From Planctomycetaceae bacterium (GTDB taxonomy: Bacteria; Planctomycetota; Planctomycetia; Isosphaerales; Isosphaeraceae): a stretch of DNA of 43,491 bases. The stretch is from positions 1 through 43,491 of the forward strand of contig JAFAHT010000481.1 in the NCBI GenBank assembly GCA_019237095.1, in the 5' to 3' direction. The notes below the pieces were generated by a model. The model worked only from the letters and a program-made list of their open reading frames with translations. It did no database searches and was not told where the DNA came from. Positions 1-8,732 of this stretch are shown in pieces (positions within the stretch are counted from its first letter, which is position 1; every line of letters begins with the position of its first letter). The translations under genes and the position numbers were made by a program.

Positions 1-4
1 ACGC

Positions 5-91
5 GCCGGAGTGGCGGAATTGGCAGACGCGCTAGCTTGAGGGGCTAGTGAGCTAACCATGCTCGTGCAGGTTCAAGTCCTGTCTCCGGCA
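5..91 (+). tRNA. tRNA-Leu (anticodon GAG), CCA not encoded
   Basis: Acceptor stem GCCGGAG(5-11)/CTCCGGC(84-90); anticodon arm CTAGC-TTGAGGG-GCTAG; long variable arm; T-arm GCAGG-TTCAAGT-CCTGT; discriminator A91. Confidence 0.97.
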
Positions 92-103
92 ATAGTTGCG
101 ACA

Positions 104-129
104 AACGCCCCGTCAGGGGCGTTCTTTAT
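104..129 (+). terminator. Likely intrinsic terminator after tRNA-Leu
   Basis: Hairpin AACGCCCC-GTCA-GGGGCGTT followed by CTTTATT. Confidence 0.6.
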
Positions 130-223
130 TCCACGACAATTCCACCACGACGTGAGCTGTGTGTGGCGGTAGAATGGGGACGTTCGTCCCTACTCCGAAC
201 CTGTCATACTCAACGCTCGCTCG

Positions 224-711
224 ATGGCGTCTGCAATTCGGGATCGAAGTGGCAACTACCTCGTTAGGTTTCGTTGGGGGGAAGCGGGAATTCACGAAGT
301 CGCTCCATGCGAAGGAGGAGACGGTCGCCGATCTCGGCGTGGCCCGTGTCAATGATGCACTCATGCGCCTGAAGCGGGGGCTCCTGGAGATGCCTCCCGA
401 AGCCGAACCGGGCGAGTTCATCGTCTCGGGAGGCACACTGACTGCCAAACCGAAACCTGCCGATCGCAGGGCCACTCACCGAGAGCCAAGCGACCGATCA
501 CTTCAACCGAACCCTTGCCGAACACGACAAGTGGTGTCACATTCCAGGATTCCACGCGTTCCGCCATTCCTTCGCCAGCATCCTGGCATCCAAGGGCGTC
601 GATCAGAGGATTATCGACCGGTACATGGGGCACCAGACGGAAGAAATGAGAAAGTGTTACCAGCATCTCTTCCCCTCAAACGCCGCCAAATTTTCCCAGG
701 GGCGCCGCTGA
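224..711 (+). pseudogene. Tyrosine recombinase/integrase pseudogene (frameshift plus large internal deletion)
   Basis: Three frames pieced together: MASAIRDRSGNYLVRFRWG (ATG 224); shift in the G6 run 276-281 to KREFTKSL...LMRLKRGLL...FIVSGG; then from ~463 PLTESQATDHFNRTL...GFHAFRHSFAS...MGHQTEEMRKCYQHLFP (HxxR, H and catalytic Y). The core-binding region and first catalytic R are missing. Confidence 0.88.
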
Positions 712-1076
712 TTCGGGTCGAGAAGCAGAGTGGCCGCCCCGGCGTTCTCCCCTCCCCCGGAACGGTCCACCTGGCACCGGCGTGTTGTGGCGGGTGCAAC
801 TTCAGGACCACGCTCGGTCCCCGTGCCCTCAATCCGGCCGAGGAGGCGGGCGAGCACGCTTCGAGGGCGATGCGCTTCATCTCCCGGTATGGAGACGATG
901 CCGCGCGGTTCCTGTGAGCCGGGCCTAACCAATTCCCTTGCGCTCGTGGAGGCCATCAACCGCTACTCGCAGGATGCCCCCGAGGTGGGCGTCAGGCGGC
1001 CAATTTGGACGATGGCTCCCCAAACAGAAGACGCAAGCTGCTCCGCCAGAGATGCAACCATGAGCGAAGCGATGGA

Positions 1077-1814
1077 TTATACGATTCGCAGCACGTGGCA
1101 CGTCTGTTCGTAGCTGGTTTCCAGATTGAGGAACACGCCCAAGTCGACGTCCAACCAGATCGGCAGCGTTGGCAGCGGTTGGCCGAGCGCCATCGGGTAG
1201 AACCAGGTATCCAGCAATGGCCGCTTGCGAACGCGCTTGCGCCCGCGGGCCGTGACCGCGTAAAGCGCGGGCGGTGCTGCGCCGACCATCGGGTCGCTTC
1301 GGCCAATCAGCTCCAACAGGTCGGCATAGAGATTGAATTGACGAATCGTGACGATGTCCACGAGCGACACACTGACGTCGCGCTGAAGCAACGCGGCAAC
1401 CTTGGCGACAAATGCCCGCCGGCTCTCGGGACGGTCCTTGTTGGAAGGGCTGACGATTTCGATCGCCGCGACCAGCCGCCGACCATGACGCGCATCGTAG
1501 ACCCGCACTTCATACTCATCTTGGTCGGGCAGTTCGGTTTCCACCGTGAGGGTCGGTTTCGGAGGCGCCCACGCCGCGACGGCGACACCACCGTTTCCAT
1601 CGCCTGGCCTCTCCTGGCGCGCTGGCTCGTCTCGTTCGTAGGTTGACACGTCGATCTCGAATGCCGTGCCCAAGTGCAGACGCGGCGCGGCGACATATCC
1701 TTCCGGCAAGATAGGGAACAGTTGTTGCACAATCACCGCTGGCCACATGCCGTAAAGCTCATCCCACGAATGCTTGTTCTCAACCGGCGGACGAAAATGA
1801 TCGCGCAGCGGCAT
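1077..1814 (-). CDS. DUF4058 family protein (PD-(D/E)XK-like, planctomycete-expanded)
   Basis: MPLRDHFRPP start with AAGGAG RBS; motifs AIEIVSPSNK and PLPTLPIWL. Confidence 0.85.
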   Translation of the reverse strand: MPLRDHFRPPVENKHSWDELYGMWPAVIVQQLFPILPEGYVAAPRLHLGTAFEIDVSTYERDEPARQERPGDGNGGVAVAAWAPPKPTLTVETELPDQDEYEVRVYDARHGRRLVAAIEIVSPSNKDRPESRRAFVAKVAALLQRDVSVSLVDIVTIRQFNLYADLLELIGRSDPMVGAAPPALYAVTARGRKRVRKRPLLDTWFYPMALGQPLPTLPIWLDVDLGVFLNLETSYEQTCHVLRIV

Positions 1815-2046
1815 AGGAGTCTCCTTCTTACCGGATTCTAACGACGCGCGCGAGACGATCCAAGGTTGTCGCTCACGGACCAGTTGCCGCAACGCCGACA
1901 TGGCCAAGGAGACCGACCTTGACTTGCCAGGGCACTGGGGAGATTTCAGAATGAATCTGAACAACCCGCGAGGATTTTGCCGCCATGGGCGTCACTGTTG
2001 CCTATCGCGGCCGGCTTGCCGATCTCACCCGTATCGAAGATTTCAC

Positions 2047-2162
2047 GGACGTGAAACCGGGACGCAGCTAGCGGACGTGAAACCAGGACGGGACGTGAAA
2101 CCGGGACGCAGTTAGTATTATCGCGCCGCCGCCGCCAATACTAGCTGCGTCCCCGTTTCATG
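2047..2162. repeat. REP-like palindromic element, family A, with reiterated left arm
   Basis: GGACGTGAAACCGGGACGCAGCTAG at 2047, a partial copy at 2073 and a third at 2091; inverted arm AATACTAGCTGCGTCCCCGTTTCA at 2137-2160; same family at 18896-18968. Confidence 0.85.
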
Positions 2163-2165
2163 CCC

Positions 2166-2270
2166 TCAGCGAGGCTGCGCTGAAGCTGTCGATTGATCGG
2201 CCAAGGCCATTCCACGCCGTTGACACGCGTGACCCAGCGGGCCGGAATCGAGCAACACATACTCCTGCAT
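2166..2270 (-). pseudogene. Truncated PIN-domain (VapC-like) toxin
   Basis: MQEYVLLDSGPLGHACQRRG matches the PIN N-terminal hhLDxGPLG motif; starts 3 bp after the upstream small ORF and ends after 34 codons next to the palindrome. Confidence 0.65.
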
Positions 2271-2273
2271 GGA

Positions 2274-2513
2274 TCAGTAACACGCCTTGAACGAGGGCCG
2301 GTGTGGACGCATCTCGTCGATCCCGCGCATCCATTCCTCATCGGGGGGATCATTCGGTTCATTGGGGATTTGAGCAATTTCGCGCAGACGCTGACGGGTC
2401 GATTCCAGGCGCTTTCGGCGCTCTTCCTCGCTTTCCCGTTTGAACTTCCCATCCGGTCCCAAGCACGACGGCGGCAACGACTCCGACTTCAAGTCGAGAA
2501 TCTTCGTCTTCAT
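2274..2513 (-). CDS. Small charged protein, probable antitoxin of the PIN toxin
   Basis: 79 aa, GGAGG RBS, directly upstream of the PIN remnant; C-terminal MRGIDEMRPHRP type seen in planctomycete TA antitoxins (from recall). Confidence 0.6.
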   Translation of the reverse strand: MKTKILDLKSESLPPSCLGPDGKFKRESEEERRKRLESTRQRLREIAQIPNEPNDPPDEEWMRGIDEMRPHRPSFKACY

Positions 2514-2806
2514 GATCGCGGCAACCTCCGTTTACCATGTCAATCCGAGCCGTGACAAGTTCATTCTACTCCGTGCGCGACACTCCCTGGAGCTCAGCAC
2601 AACTTGCAGGGTCGAGACCAACTCCGTGCCGAACTGCCGAGAGTACGAGCGCCTGGTTATCGAACGGCTTGATTCCGGTCGCAGATTCTCGAAGTGATTC
2701 GAGTTCTGAATCGTATCTCAACACCGTGCAAACCTGAGGATTGCGCGAGCGCTGGGTTTGAATTGCGTGGATGGATTGCCGTGAGTGCTCTTTCATTCTA
2801 ACTTAC

Positions 2807-2857
2807 AGTGGAGACGAGCGGGATCGAACCGCCAACCTCCTGGTTGCAAACCAGGCG
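2807..2857 (-). repeat. att site: 51-bp exact copy of the tRNA-Ala 3' portion
   Basis: 2807-2857 identical to 6540-6590 (anticodon arm through acceptor 3' strand). Confidence 0.95.
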
Positions 2858-3077
2858 GTCGAAGCAACTGCAAGCCGTTATGCGGCAATAGTTTAGCTGC
2901 GATAGGGCCGCTGCGAGCGTTTTCCAGGCTTTATCGGGATTTCCCAGGAATTCGCAGGTTTCCTCGCCGTTTCGCTACCGTGCCAGAGTTTTATGCGTCG
3001 ATGCGATACACGGAATCGGTCCCGGTCGCCTGCTCACCGTCAGGACATGGCCGCTTGAGGTTGTGCACCGACATGCC

Positions 3078-4058
3078 CTAAGTCAGCACCACGAGCTTTC
3101 CGCCGGCTCGGTTCTCCTCCATGCAGCGATGCGCCTCCACAATCTCGTCGAGTCGGAAGACTCTGCCGAGCTGAATTCGCAGGGTGCCGGCCACAACCTG
3201 CCCCGCTAATTCGTCGAGCGGCGTCCGCATGAAGTCCTCCGATCCACCGGAATATGTGGTGAGGTTAACCGCAGTTGGGATCACGTCCATCGGGCTGAAT
3301 TCGTCGAATGACCACTTATTGCCGACGATGCCTGTCATGCAGACAACGCCCCCCTGTTTGGCACAGTGAAGCGAATCCTCTAGCGTCGTGGTGCCGACCA
3401 GTTCGAGCACCTTGTCAACGCCTTCGGGATACACGCCCTTGACCTTTTCAGCGATTGACCCGCCATCGATGAAGACTCGATCGACTCCACTTGCGCGCAG
3501 CAGCTTCTCCCGGTCGGGGTTCCGGGTCGTCGCTGCGACAGAGGCACCGTGCCCGTGGGCGATCGCGGCGGATGCGAGGCCGATCGAGGTCGTTCCGCCG
3601 CGGATCAGAAGAGTCTCGCCTCTATTGAGGCGGAGCGACTTGAAGAGCGAGCCCCAGGACGTCTGCATCATCTCCGGCAGGGCGCCGAGCGTCTCCCAGG
3701 GGAGTTCGGTCTTGATAGTCTGGACCTGTGTCGCGGGCGCGCAGCAATACTCGGCATATCCGCCGTCGAACTGGCGCCCCATGCCTCCCATCGCGGTCGC
3801 GACGGCCTCCCCTGCGTGAAACTCGCCACCCGGTGCATCCTCGACGAGGCCCACAGCCTCGATGCCGAGCACGCGCGGGAACTTGACACCGGGCGAATGG
3901 CCCTGCCTCGTGAACAGCTCGGAGCGGTTGAGCCCGAACGCCTTGATCCGGATCAACACCTCGCCGACACGCGGCGTCGGGATCGGGCGGCTCTCGATCT
4001 TCAGCACCTCCGGCCCGCCCGCTTCGTATATCACTGCAGCCTTCATTGTACGAACCAT
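3078..4058 (-). CDS. MDR-superfamily NADPH:quinone oxidoreductase / zinc-binding alcohol dehydrogenase family
   Basis: MKAAVI...GGPEVL, GLNRSE, LGIEAVG, GGYAEY, RGGTTSIG, GKLVV; GGAGG RBS favours ATG 4058 (4046 and 4067 are alternatives). Confidence 0.9.
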   Translation of the reverse strand: MVRTMKAAVIYEAGGPEVLKIESRPIPTPRVGEVLIRIKAFGLNRSELFTRQGHSPGVKFPRVLGIEAVGLVEDAPGGEFHAGEAVATAMGGMGRQFDGGYAEYCCAPATQVQTIKTELPWETLGALPEMMQTSWGSLFKSLRLNRGETLLIRGGTTSIGLASAAIAHGHGASVAATTRNPDREKLLRASGVDRVFIDGGSIAEKVKGVYPEGVDKVLELVGTTTLEDSLHCAKQGGVVCMTGIVGNKWSFDEFSPMDVIPTAVNLTTYSGGSEDFMRTPLDELAGQVVAGTLRIQLGRVFRLDEIVEAHRCMEENRAGGKLVVLT

Positions 4059-4300
4059 TCGAGTCATCCTCCGTGGTCGTGTGTACTAGGACGGCGTACT
4101 AGAATGCCAACTTCGCCGCGATCGTCGCAACATGAGCATCTTGCGATCGCGCCAACGCATGCTGCACGGCCGTAGGCTGGCGCGAGCCATCGGCCCCGGC
4201 GATGGTACCGGCACAATCCCACGTATGATGACCGGGGCGGAGCCACGGCGACCGGGATCCGACCACGAATCCCACTCCACCCCGACGCCGGATCGGCCGG

Positions 4301-4942
4301 TTACTCGGCCTTGTCGTAGCCGAACTGGATGCCGGCGGTGCCGCCGGTCTCGATGAAAAGATCCATGAACTGCGGCACCGTCTCCTGGCGCGCCCAGTCG
4401 CGCTGCAACTCGCACAGCAGTTGCGTCCAACTGATCGGCTTGGCGCCGGCCTGCTCGATCCGCCGCAGGGCCGCCTCGTGGGCCTGGACCGAGGTGCCGC
4501 CCACGGCGTCTACCACCGGATAGACCTCGTAGCCCTCGCGCAGCGCGTCCAACGCGGGGAAGGTCAGGCAGGCTTCGGTCCAAAGCGCGGTCATGATCAG
4601 CTTCTTGCGGCCCGCGGCCTTGACTGCCTCGACGAATTCTACGTCCTCCCACGAGTTGATCGTGGTGCGGTCGTAGGTCGGGACGTCCTTCAGCACCTTT
4701 CGGAGCTGCGGGATGGGCGGCTTGTTCAGGCCGGTCTTGACGTTGACCGTGGAATGGACGATCGGCAGGCCGTAGCTGAGGCCGATCTTGGCCACTCCGA
4801 CGATGTTGTTGACCAGGAGCTGGCGGTCCATCGAGGCGACCGAATTCACCTGCACGGGCTGGTAGTCGATGATGATCAGCGCCGAGTTCTTCGGCGTGAG
4901 CAGGTCATCCTTGACGGGCTCACGAACGGGTCGGCTGGCCAT
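4301..4942 (-). CDS. Isochorismatase-family cysteine hydrolase (YcaC-like)
   Basis: IIDYQP, DRTTINSWED, ALWTEAC (catalytic Cys), ELQRDW; GGAGG RBS before ATG 4942. Confidence 0.9.
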   Translation of the reverse strand: MASRPVREPVKDDLLTPKNSALIIIDYQPVQVNSVASMDRQLLVNNIVGVAKIGLSYGLPIVHSTVNVKTGLNKPPIPQLRKVLKDVPTYDRTTINSWEDVEFVEAVKAAGRKKLIMTALWTEACLTFPALDALREGYEVYPVVDAVGGTSVQAHEAALRRIEQAGAKPISWTQLLCELQRDWARQETVPQFMDLFIETGGTAGIQFGYDKAE

Positions 4943-5115
4943 GGATTTCCTCCTTGCCGGTGGGGCCGGCATCGCGCTAATAATGCTGCCTGTCGATGGC
5001 GGCGAGCACCTTCTGCTTGCGATCATATATGAACATGTTTCATCATTCTCCGTGTCGCAATATTTGCTTGTCTTCCTATCGGATGCTCCGTCGATTCAAT
5101 CGAGGTCGCATGCTC

Positions 5116-5646
5116 TCATTGCTCCCCTTGTCGGGGTTGGGTATTAAACGTGTAGAGCATGATCTTCCACTCGCCGCCCAGTCGGCGGAGCACGAAGATC
5201 TCGCGGTTGAAGTCTAACTTCTTCGATCCGTCCGCCAGGAAGTGCTCGGGGCCGACCGGATGGTGGGTGCGGACGATCGCCACGTCGCCGTACACGTCGA
5301 CCGCGTCGTACTGGAAGTCGGTTTTGAACTTGATCGCCTTAAATAGATCGTTGTAGGGTTTGGCCATCGCGTCGACGCCGATCATCGTCGCTTTCTCGTT
5401 CCATTCGGCGACGGAGTTGGTCGCGAACAGGGGGCGGATCTTGGCGAAGTCGGAGCTGTTCAGGCCGTCCTGGTAACGCTCCACGACCCCCTTGACCTGC
5501 CGCTGCAAGGCGGCCACCTGGGCATCAGGCGAGTAGGTGAAAAACCCGGAGGGGCCTCCGTCCTTGCCGGGGCCGGGGAACGCCAGGCGGACCGAAGCAA
5601 AGAGCGCCGCGAAAGTAACGAGCGCGATCCGCGCGCGTGTCTTCAT
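5116..5646 (-). CDS. Secreted SnoaL/NTF2-like (YybH/DUF4440-type) protein
   Basis: Signal peptide; VVERYQDGLNSSD...LF, GDVAIVRT, NREIFVLRR...WKI. Confidence 0.75.
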   Translation of the reverse strand: MKTRARIALVTFAALFASVRLAFPGPGKDGGPSGFFTYSPDAQVAALQRQVKGVVERYQDGLNSSDFAKIRPLFATNSVAEWNEKATMIGVDAMAKPYNDLFKAIKFKTDFQYDAVDVYGDVAIVRTHHPVGPEHFLADGSKKLDFNREIFVLRRLGGEWKIMLYTFNTQPRQGEQ

Positions 5647-5892
5647 CGTGATCTCCTCTCCAAACGAGCCCGACTCCGAGAAGGAACGAACTCGAGCGAA
5701 AACGCGGCGACAGCTTGCGACACTTCACATTCCAATCGACGGCCGCTCGTCGAGGCCGCGGAGAATCGCGGCTCCGTCATCAATCCGACCCCCCTTGTGC
5801 TGGTTGAAGCTGCTTTCGCGAGGCAGTATAGATTCCTTGCGCCTTTGCGATTAGTGGGAGAATTCGGGAATCTGTTTTCCAAAATCGAGATA

Positions 5893-6449
5893 ATGCTGAC
5901 GGACCTCAATTCGCTGCTGATCTTCGCGCAGGTCATCGAGGCGCAGAGCATCTCGGAGGCGGCGCGACGCCTGAACATGCCGGTCTCGACGGTCAGCCGT
6001 CGCATCGCCGACCTTGAGGAGCAGCTTGGCATTCGGCTACTCGAACGTTCGACGCGGCGCTTACGATTAACGGATCTGGGGTTCGAAGTCCTCGAGCATG
6101 CTCGTCGAGGCGCAGAGCTCAGCGACGCCGTCGGCGCTGTGGTCGCCAACCATCGGTCGAATGTCTCCGGAAAGTTCTGACCTTTCGGCCCAGCCTCTCG
6201 ATGAACGACTACGCCGGCCTTGCGGCCGCGCTGCTGTCGGGCGCCGGCATCGGCGACCTCCCGCCCCTGGTGCGGCCCGAGCTGCTCGACGACGGGCGGC
6301 TCGTCGAGGTCATGCCGAAGTGGCGCTTCCGTACCGTCGATCTCTCGGCGGTCCATCTGGGCAACCGGCACGTTTCGCGATCGGTGCGATTGTTCAGGGC
6401 GTTTGCGGCGAAGATGGCGCCAACGCTCTTTCCCGCGCTTCCGACTTGA
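5893..6449 (+). pseudogene. LysR-type regulator with internal deletion and frameshift
   Basis: Intact wHTH (SISEAARRLNMPVSTVSRRIADLEEQLGIRLLERSTR) stops at 6180; C-terminal part (LTFRPSLSMNDY...GAGIGDLP...GRLVEVMP) resumes in another frame at ~6177; about 185 codons in total versus ~300 for a normal LTTR. Confidence 0.88.
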
Positions 6450-6541
6450 GGGGTACATCCGGGCTTCGACACTTGATGAATCCCGGACCAAGGAGAATCG
6501 ACCGAAACTTGTCTCAGGTTCCAAATCGCACAACGATTTAG

Positions 6542-6614
6542 TGGAGACGAGCGGGATCGAACCGCCAACCTCCTGGTTGCAAACCAGGCGCTCTCCCAAT
6601 TGAGCTACGTCCCC
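6542..6614 (-). tRNA. tRNA-Ala (anticodon TGC), CCA not encoded
   Basis: GGGGACGTAGCTCAATTGGGAGAGCGCCTGGTTTGCAACCAGGAGGTTGGCGGTTCGATCCCGCTCGTCTCCA; G3:U70 alanine identity pair. Confidence 0.97.
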
Positions 6615-6665
6615 AGGGTGGGTAGACGTTCTGGCGACCGGCTCGGTAGCCCGAACGTCAATTTC

Positions 6666-6694
6666 ATGATAGCAACGGCTGCCGGGATTGGCTA
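6666..6694 (-). promoter_or_regulatory. Putative sigma70 promoter of tRNA-Ala
   Basis: TAGCCA-17 bp-TATCAT with TGn extended -10. Confidence 0.45.
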
Positions 6695-6712
6695 GGTCGT
6701 CTGCGCGGGCGG

Positions 6713-8470
6713 TCAATGTCCCTTCATATATTCCTCAACAGCAAGAAGGGCCCGGGCGCGGGTGGCGTGCGGTAGGGCCTGCCAGGTGGGCTGGGCGCCC
6801 AAGGGGTTGCTGATTTCCTCAACCCATTGCTGGATCATCTGGGGCGACTGGCTGACCATCGCGGCCCGCTTGAGCAGGCCCGCGGGCAGGGACTGCTCGT
6901 AGGTCGCCGCGTAGAAGGGCATCGGGTCGTATCCCTTCTGCTTGGCGAGATTCTTCAAGTAGCGATCGATCGTCTTGTCGATCTTGACCAGATCGGACCC
7001 GAACGCCTTCCGGAACTCGGCCAGATGATCCTCGGGCGTCCGGGGCTCGAGCGGGGGAATCTGACTCATGACCTTCAGATACGCGACGAAGTCGTCCTGC
7101 CGCTTGAACGCCAGGTAATGAGTCATCGCCCAGGCCAGGGCATATTCCGTGGGCGTGAGGTGGGTCTTGCGGACCAAGCACTCCACGAGCGGTTTGCCGG
7201 GCTCGCGCACCAGCGCCTTGGATTGGCCGTCGTCGCCGCGGATCGCGACCGAAAGCGGATCCTCGAGCTCGCGAATCGTGGCCATGTGCAGGCCGTTGAT
7301 CATCCCCAGGCCGTCCCAAGTCGGCTTTCCTCCCTTGCGCGAGCTGGCCGGGGTGGAACAGTACTCGGCCAAGCCCTCCACCAGCCAGATCGGCCAGGCG
7401 CTGAGTCGGGGATGGACCCCGATATTTTGCAGGACCTGGTGCGTTCCTTCGTGAACGACCGTCTGAGGTTTGCGCAGGGCGGAGAGCTCTGGCGCATTCT
7501 CGTCGTGCTCCGACGTCTCGTAAAAGTAGATGCGGTTCGTGCCAATCTCGTAAACGGCCTGGACCTCCGGATCAACCCGCTTGCTGGCCCGGAAGTCGCG
7601 TTCAGTCCGGTAGATCACGGCGACAAGCGGAAACTCCGTGTCATGCACCGCCATCTCGTGTTTGCGAAACGCGTCGAGCAATCGCTTGTACAGATCTTCA
7701 AGCCAGCGGCCACTGGCTTCCGCGAGGGCACGGCTCGACTGGAAGAAGATCAAGTAGTGCGCTGTCTGGTGGATCTGGAAATCCCCCAGCGGGCCCTTCT
7801 GCAACCGCGCCAGCAACTCGTCGGCCGTGAACGGCTGAAACGGTTCATCGGTGGGCACGAGCATGTTGGGGAAGCCAAGCTGGCCATCGGGCAAGATGAG
7901 TGCCGTCGTGCCTTCATGCTGACCGTGGAGTCGGGCCACCACGGGCTGTCCCTGCTCATCTCTCACCTTGAACCGCGGCGGCTCTGGCGGAGCTTGGGCG
8001 AGCCCGGCGGCCGGCGCGGCAGCAAACTCGACCAGGACCGGATCTGCGCGCTGCGGTTCAGCAGCGGCCGGCGCGCAAGGGAGCGGAGGAGCGGCCGGCG
8101 CGATTCTCTCATCGTCGCCCTCGTGGGTTGTTGTGCGCATTGCCAGGAGTGTCGGACTCGGAGGCAACGCGGAAACCGGGGCCAATTGTGCGGGGGCCGT
8201 GTCCGGTCTGGCTGATGGCGACTCGCCGCGGACATGGCTTGCGGAAGAGTGGGAAGCGGATGTCAAGACACCCAGCATTGCTCCGGTGCCCAGGAGCAGA
8301 GCCGCGATCAGGATGCCGGTTAATCGCGCCAGGCTCTGGCGACACACGGGATCCTGGTCGCGCGTCAGGTCCGTACGGCACCGCGGGCAAAACCGGCGGC
8401 GGGCGATCTCGGGATGGCGAATGCGGATGGCCGTGCCGCAACCGCCACAGGCGATGACCACGGGTTCCAT
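6713..8470 (-). CDS. DUF1570-type membrane-anchored zinc metallopeptidase-like protein with N-terminal zinc ribbon
   Basis: CGGC...CPRC, one TM helix, Pro/Ala linker, HEGTHQ...WLVEGLAEY gluzincin-like motif. Confidence 0.8.
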   Translation of the reverse strand: MEPVVIACGGCGTAIRIRHPEIARRRFCPRCRTDLTRDQDPVCRQSLARLTGILIAALLLGTGAMLGVLTSASHSSASHVRGESPSARPDTAPAQLAPVSALPPSPTLLAMRTTTHEGDDERIAPAAPPLPCAPAAAEPQRADPVLVEFAAAPAAGLAQAPPEPPRFKVRDEQGQPVVARLHGQHEGTTALILPDGQLGFPNMLVPTDEPFQPFTADELLARLQKGPLGDFQIHQTAHYLIFFQSSRALAEASGRWLEDLYKRLLDAFRKHEMAVHDTEFPLVAVIYRTERDFRASKRVDPEVQAVYEIGTNRIYFYETSEHDENAPELSALRKPQTVVHEGTHQVLQNIGVHPRLSAWPIWLVEGLAEYCSTPASSRKGGKPTWDGLGMINGLHMATIRELEDPLSVAIRGDDGQSKALVREPGKPLVECLVRKTHLTPTEYALAWAMTHYLAFKRQDDFVAYLKVMSQIPPLEPRTPEDHLAEFRKAFGSDLVKIDKTIDRYLKNLAKQKGYDPMPFYAATYEQSLPAGLLKRAAMVSQSPQMIQQWVEEISNPLGAQPTWQALPHATRARALLAVEEYMKGH

Positions 8471-8732
8471 GGCCAGTCTTGGCTCACGAGTTTGTCTGAA
8501 GGAATTCGTCGAAGGCGTCTTATTTAGTCTAGCAGCGTGCTCGGCCTGCGCAAAGCCGGTCGCTCGGATTGCGGCACACGAGTGGGAGAGGAGTAAACTG
8601 TGGTCAGCGATCAACCCACAGTGTATATTGCCCATTCATGGCATGCTACGCCCTGGCGACGGCGGCATCCCAGGAGACCTTGAGCTGTCTGGCGGCTTGA
8701 TCAATTCCGACCCGGATTTCGAGACACCGGCA

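Larger units (their letters stand above)
2807..6590. mobile_element. Genomic island integrated at tRNA-Ala(TGC), integrase absent
   Basis: Bounded by the 51-bp direct repeat; cargo is an oxidoreductase, a YcaC-like hydrolase, a SnoaL-like protein and a broken LysR. Confidence 0.85.

Noticed and set aside
159-917. 252-aa ORF as a real gene
   Set aside because: Only ~282-460 is integrase-like; the rest is out-of-frame read-through of the pseudogene
712-1076. Possible gene remnant (RFISRYGDDAARFL / LVEAINRYSQDAPEV)
   Set aside because: Looks coding-like, but no family could be recognised
2047-2119. Direct repeats as a mini-CRISPR
   Set aside because: No unique spacers of regular length, copies are arms of a palindrome, no cas genes
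2807-2857. Second tRNA-Ala gene
   Set aside because: Lacks the 5' acceptor strand and D-arm; it is an att duplication
7968-8732. N-terminal extension of the 768-aa ORF
   Set aside because: Antisense to the DUF1570 gene; family similarity starts at MYDLVVIGGG (8733)
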